Shown here piece by piece: positions 60,991 through 64,000 of a DNA stretch of 64,000 nt (its first letter is position 1; each line of letters begins with the position of its first letter). Source of the DNA: Alphaproteobacteria bacterium (lineage in GTDB: Bacteria > Pseudomonadota > Alphaproteobacteria > UBA828); contig JAJDUK010000024.1 of NCBI GenBank assembly GCA_022826665.1, forward strand, positions 78,068 to 142,067, given 5' to 3'. Under the pieces are notes generated by a model. That model had not been told where the DNA came from, did not search any database, and saw only the letters and a program-made list of their open reading frames with translations. Made by a program: the position numbers and the translations under genes.

Positions 60991-61731
60991 ATGCGCGTCT
61001 TCAGGCTGACGACGATCTGCGGCCTTCTGGTCTTGGTCTGGCAGGCGGTCGTCTGGCTGGCCGACACCCCTCACTTCATTCTTCCGGGGCCGGCGCGAGT
61101 CGGTGTGACCTGGTGGGAGCACGCCGGTCTGATCCTGGGCCACGCCCAGACCACCCTGTTGGAGATTGCGCTCGGCCTTGTGCTCGGCACTCTGCTGGGC
61201 GTGATCAGCGCCCTGGTGCTCACGTACGTCAGGCCGGCGCGGCTCTGGCTCCTGCCGGTTCTGGTGGCGTCCCAGGCGGTGCCGGTCTTCGCGCTCGCGC
61301 CGATTCTCGTGCTCTGGCTCGGCTACGGCATCGCGTCCAAGGTCGCGATGGCGACGCTCATCATCTACTTCCCCGTGGCCGCGAACTTCTTCGACGGCCT
61401 CCGGCGCACCGAGCCGGGCTGGCTCGATCTCGCTCGCGCCATGGGCGCGAGCCCGTGGCGGACGCTCTGGCGCATCCGTGTGCCGGCGGGGCTGCCCGCG
61501 CTGGCCTCGGGCGTCCGCGTCGCGGCGGCGGTGGCGCCCATCGGCGCCGTCGTGGGCGAGTGGGTGGGCTCCAGCGCGGGCCTCGGCTTCCTCATGCTCC
61601 ACGCCAACGCGCGCATGCAAATCGACCTGATGTTCGCCGCGCTGCTCACCCTCGCGGTCTTCGCGGTGGCGATCTACTTCATCATCGACCACGTGCTGCG
61701 CCGGGCCCTTCATTGGCAGCCCGACACGTGA
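60991..61731 (+). CDS. ABC transporter permease (NitT/TauT family), ThiX-like
   Basis: 246 aa, six TM helices, EAA-like region GLRRTEPGWLDLARAMGAS. Confidence 0.82.
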   Translation: MRVFRLTTICGLLVLVWQAVVWLADTPHFILPGPARVGVTWWEHAGLILGHAQTTLLEIALGLVLGTLLGVISALVLTYVRPARLWLLPVLVASQAVPVFALAPILVLWLGYGIASKVAMATLIIYFPVAANFFDGLRRTEPGWLDLARAMGASPWRTLWRIRVPAGLPALASGVRVAAAVAPIGAVVGEWVGSSAGLGFLMLHANARMQIDLMFAALLTLAVFAVAIYFIIDHVLRRALHWQPDT

Positions 61732-61754
61732 TTCACCGATAGGGAGGACGACAA

Positions 61755-62714
61755 ATGCGGACCATGACCAAGACGCTTCTGGCGGCGCTCGCCCTCTGCA
61801 TGGCTGCGGCCCTGATAGCGCCGAAACCGGCGAATGCCGCCGAGAAGATGACCGTGCTGCTCGACTGGTTCGTCAATCCCGACCACGCGCCGCTCTACGT
61901 GGCGCTTGAGAAGGGCTACTTCGCGGACGCAGGCCTGGAGGTCGAGCTCATCGCGCCGGCCGATCCCAATGACCCGCCCAAGCTGGTCGCCGCCGAGAAG
62001 GCGGACCTCGCGGTTTCCTACCAGCCGCAGCTTCACCTCCAGGTGGCCGAGGGACTGCCGCTGGTCAGGATCGCGACTCTGGTGGCGACACCGCTCAACA
62101 CGCTGCTGGTGCTGGCTGACGGCCCGATCCAGTCGATCGCGGATCTCAAAGGGCGCACGGTGGGCTACTCGGTGGGCGGCTTTGAGGACGCGTTGCTCGG
62201 CGCCATGCTCGAACGCCACGGCCTGAGCGTAGACGACGTGACCTTGGTCAACGTCAACTTCTCGCTCTCGCCGTCGATCCTCTCGGGCCAAGTCGATGCC
62301 GTGATCGGCGCCTACCGCAACTTCGAGCTCAACCAGATGGACATCGAGGGCCATCCGGGCCGCGCCTTCTATATCGAGGAGGAGGGCGTGCCGCCCTACG
62401 ACGAGCTGATCGTCGTCGCCCACACCGACCGGCAGGGCGACCCCGCGCTCCGGGCCTTCGTCGACGCCCTGGAACGCGGCGTGCAGTTCCTCATCAACCA
62501 CCCGGACGAGTCGTGGCAACTGTTTCTAAACGGCCGCGAGGAGCTCGACGACGAGCTCAACAAGCGCGCCTGGCGCGACACGCTGCCGCGCTTCGCGTTA
62601 CGGCCGGCGGCGCTGGACACCGCGCGCTACGAGCGCTTCGCGGCCTTCCTCCAAGCCCAGGGGCTGATCCCCGAAGCGCTGCCCGCCTCGGCCTACGCCG
62701 TGGAGCTCGAGTAG
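61755..62714 (+). CDS. NMT1/THI5-like periplasmic substrate-binding protein, ThiY-like HMP/formylaminopyrimidine binding
   Basis: Signal peptide MRTMTKTLLAALALCMAAALIAPKPANA, then the NMT1/THI5 fold (VLLDWFVNPDHAPLYVALEKGYF). Confidence 0.8.
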   Translation: MRTMTKTLLAALALCMAAALIAPKPANAAEKMTVLLDWFVNPDHAPLYVALEKGYFADAGLEVELIAPADPNDPPKLVAAEKADLAVSYQPQLHLQVAEGLPLVRIATLVATPLNTLLVLADGPIQSIADLKGRTVGYSVGGFEDALLGAMLERHGLSVDDVTLVNVNFSLSPSILSGQVDAVIGAYRNFELNQMDIEGHPGRAFYIEEEGVPPYDELIVVAHTDRQGDPALRAFVDALERGVQFLINHPDESWQLFLNGREELDDELNKRAWRDTLPRFALRPAALDTARYERFAAFLQAQGLIPEALPASAYAVELE

Positions 62715-63682
62715 CCCGCCGCGCTGAGCCGCTCAGCGAACGCGAGAACCGCGCGGGCGAGGGCCTGCTTCTCCTTGCGCGCGGTCATCATCGTGGCCGT
62801 GACTTCGACCGCCACGCCGGTCGCGGCGATTCCGACCGCCTCGGCCCGGTCGGCTTCGTCGAGCACGAAGCCGTCGATCAAGCCGGCGTAGTGCTCGGCA
62901 ACGGCGGCGGCGCTCGGCGCGATGCCGCGCTCCGCCATCATCTTCGCGGTCGGCCCCTTGACCGCCTCCCCGCCGATGATGGGCGAGACCGCGATCACCG
63001 GTGCCTCGCAGGACGTGAGAGCGGCCCGCACGCCCGGCAGCGCAAGGATGGGGTCGATGCTGATGTAGGGGTTCGACGGGCAGATAATGACCGCACCGAG
63101 ATCGGGCGCTGCCAGCGCATCGAGAAGGCCGGCCGAGGCCCGCGCCTGCTCGGCCCCCTTGTGACGGAACCCCAACACCTTCGGCCGGCACCGCTCTCGC
63201 ACGAAATAGTGCTGGAAGGCGAGCGGGCCGTCCTCCGTCTCGACAACGGTCGGCACCGGATCGTCGCTCATGGGCACGATGCGCGCCTCGATGCCGAGCC
63301 TCGCGCACAGGTCGGACGTGACCGCGCTCAGGCTCTCGCCTGCCCGCAGCTGCCGGGTGCGCTCGACATGGATGGCCAGGTCCTTGTCGCCGAGGAAGAA
63401 CCAGGTCTCGCCGCCGAGCGCGTCCAGTGCCTCCATGAAGGCGCCACTCTCCCCTGCCCGCCCCCAGCCGGTCTCCGGGTTGGCGAGCCCGGCCAGCGTG
63501 TAGGTGAGCGTGTCGAGGTCGGGGCAAACCCTGAGGCCCAGGTGTTCGAAGTCGTCGCCGGTGTTGGCGACGACCGTGAGCCGGCCGGCGTCCTCCAGCA
63601 CGTCGCAGAGCCCGAGCGCGAGCTTGGCGCCGCCCACCCCGCCGGAGAGCGCGACGTAGCTGGTATCAGCGGAAGAGGTCAT
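62693..63682 (-). CDS. cofD: 2-phospho-L-lactate transferase (CofD/FbiA family, coenzyme F420 biosynthesis)
   Basis: MTSSADTSYVALSGGVGGAKLALGL N-terminus is characteristic of CofD/UPF0052. 329 aa from the internal Met of track ORF 62693..63805. Confidence 0.8.
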   Translation of the reverse strand: MTSSADTSYVALSGGVGGAKLALGLCDVLEDAGRLTVVANTGDDFEHLGLRVCPDLDTLTYTLAGLANPETGWGRAGESGAFMEALDALGGETWFFLGDKDLAIHVERTRQLRAGESLSAVTSDLCARLGIEARIVPMSDDPVPTVVETEDGPLAFQHYFVRERCRPKVLGFRHKGAEQARASAGLLDALAAPDLGAVIICPSNPYISIDPILALPGVRAALTSCEAPVIAVSPIIGGEAVKGPTAKMMAERGIAPSAAAVAEHYAGLIDGFVLDEADRAEAVGIAATGVAVEVTATMMTARKEKQALARAVLAFAERLSAAGYSSSTA

Positions 63683-64000
63683 CGGCCTCGTCGCGAATGA
63701 GCGCGGCGCCATCGTTGCCCGGTCCCGCGGCGGCGAGGCCGCGCACCACCACCACGGGCATGCCCTCGTCGGCCTCGCCCTGCAGCAGCGAAGCGGCAGC
63801 GGCAAGCTCGTCCGCCAGCGCCACCTGCGTCACCTCCAGCGGCCGGCCGAAGAGATCGTCGCGCCCCCGGAGGTCGAGCAGCGAGGGCAGTCCGGCGGCG
63901 CCCAGCGCGAGGCCCACGGTGCCCACGCGCCAAGCGCGGCCGACACTGTCGTTGACGATCACGGCGCAGTCCGTACCGAGCCGTTCCCGCAACCCCTCGC
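63666..64000 (-). CDS. cofE: Coenzyme F420-0:L-glutamate ligase (CofE), C-terminal part only; gene continues beyond the window
   Basis: ...LEVTQVALADELAAAASLLQGEADEGMPVVVVRG is a typical CofE C-terminus. Its stop overlaps the cofD start by 17 nt. Confidence 0.7.
   Translation of the reverse strand, partial: EGLRERLGTDCAVIVNDSVGRAWRVGTVGLALGAAGLPSLLDLRGRDDLFGRPLEVTQVALADELAAAASLLQGEADEGMPVVVVRGLAAAGPGNDGAALIRDEADDLFR

Overview
High-GC (about 68-70%) alphaproteobacterial chromosomal segment, probably Rhodospirillales/Acetobacteraceae-like; the taxonomic guess is inference only. The window is densely packed with core housekeeping genes on both strands. From the 5' end these include ubiD/ubiA, rsmE, gshA, ggt, holC-pepA, pckA, sdhE-mfd, dxr, hpnC-hpnD, hldD, lgt, a DUF185 methyltransferase and pgeF. 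Further on lie prs, rplY-pth-ychF, mtnP, folB, bioF-bioD, parC-recO and cofD-cofE. I saw no transposase, integrase or CRISPR array. Mixed into this backbone are several accessory or poorly characterised modules, listed here in genome order. (1) An HcnABC-like three-subunit flavoenzyme operon (2Fe-2S, FAD/NAD with BFD and FAD-DAO subunits) joined by ATGA start/stop overlaps, preceded by a membrane GT2 glycosyltransferase and a stand-alone anti-sigma-type HATPase, next to the 3' end of a tRNA-His. (2) A two-ATPase sugar ABC transporter. (3) A luciferase-like flavin oxidoreductase with a diaminopropionate ammonia-lyase, and F420 biosynthesis genes at the window edge. (4) A small lower-GC islet between mfd and phhB carrying a DUF1778/GNAT toxin-antitoxin pair with candidate operator repeats, plus an orphan antitoxin-like ORF. 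(5) A CBS / PII-like / DUF1538 putative membrane transport module with two DUF1538 paralogs flanking an in-frame deleted third copy. (6) An unusual bio cluster of LamB/YcsF + class-III aminotransferase + bioF + bioD. (7) A TPP riboswitch in front of a ThiXYZ-like HMP/thiamine-precursor ABC transporter. Many long opposite-strand ORFs in the six-frame track are high-GC artefacts and were rejected. Coordinates for internal starts were derived from the ORF-track frames and may be off by a codon.
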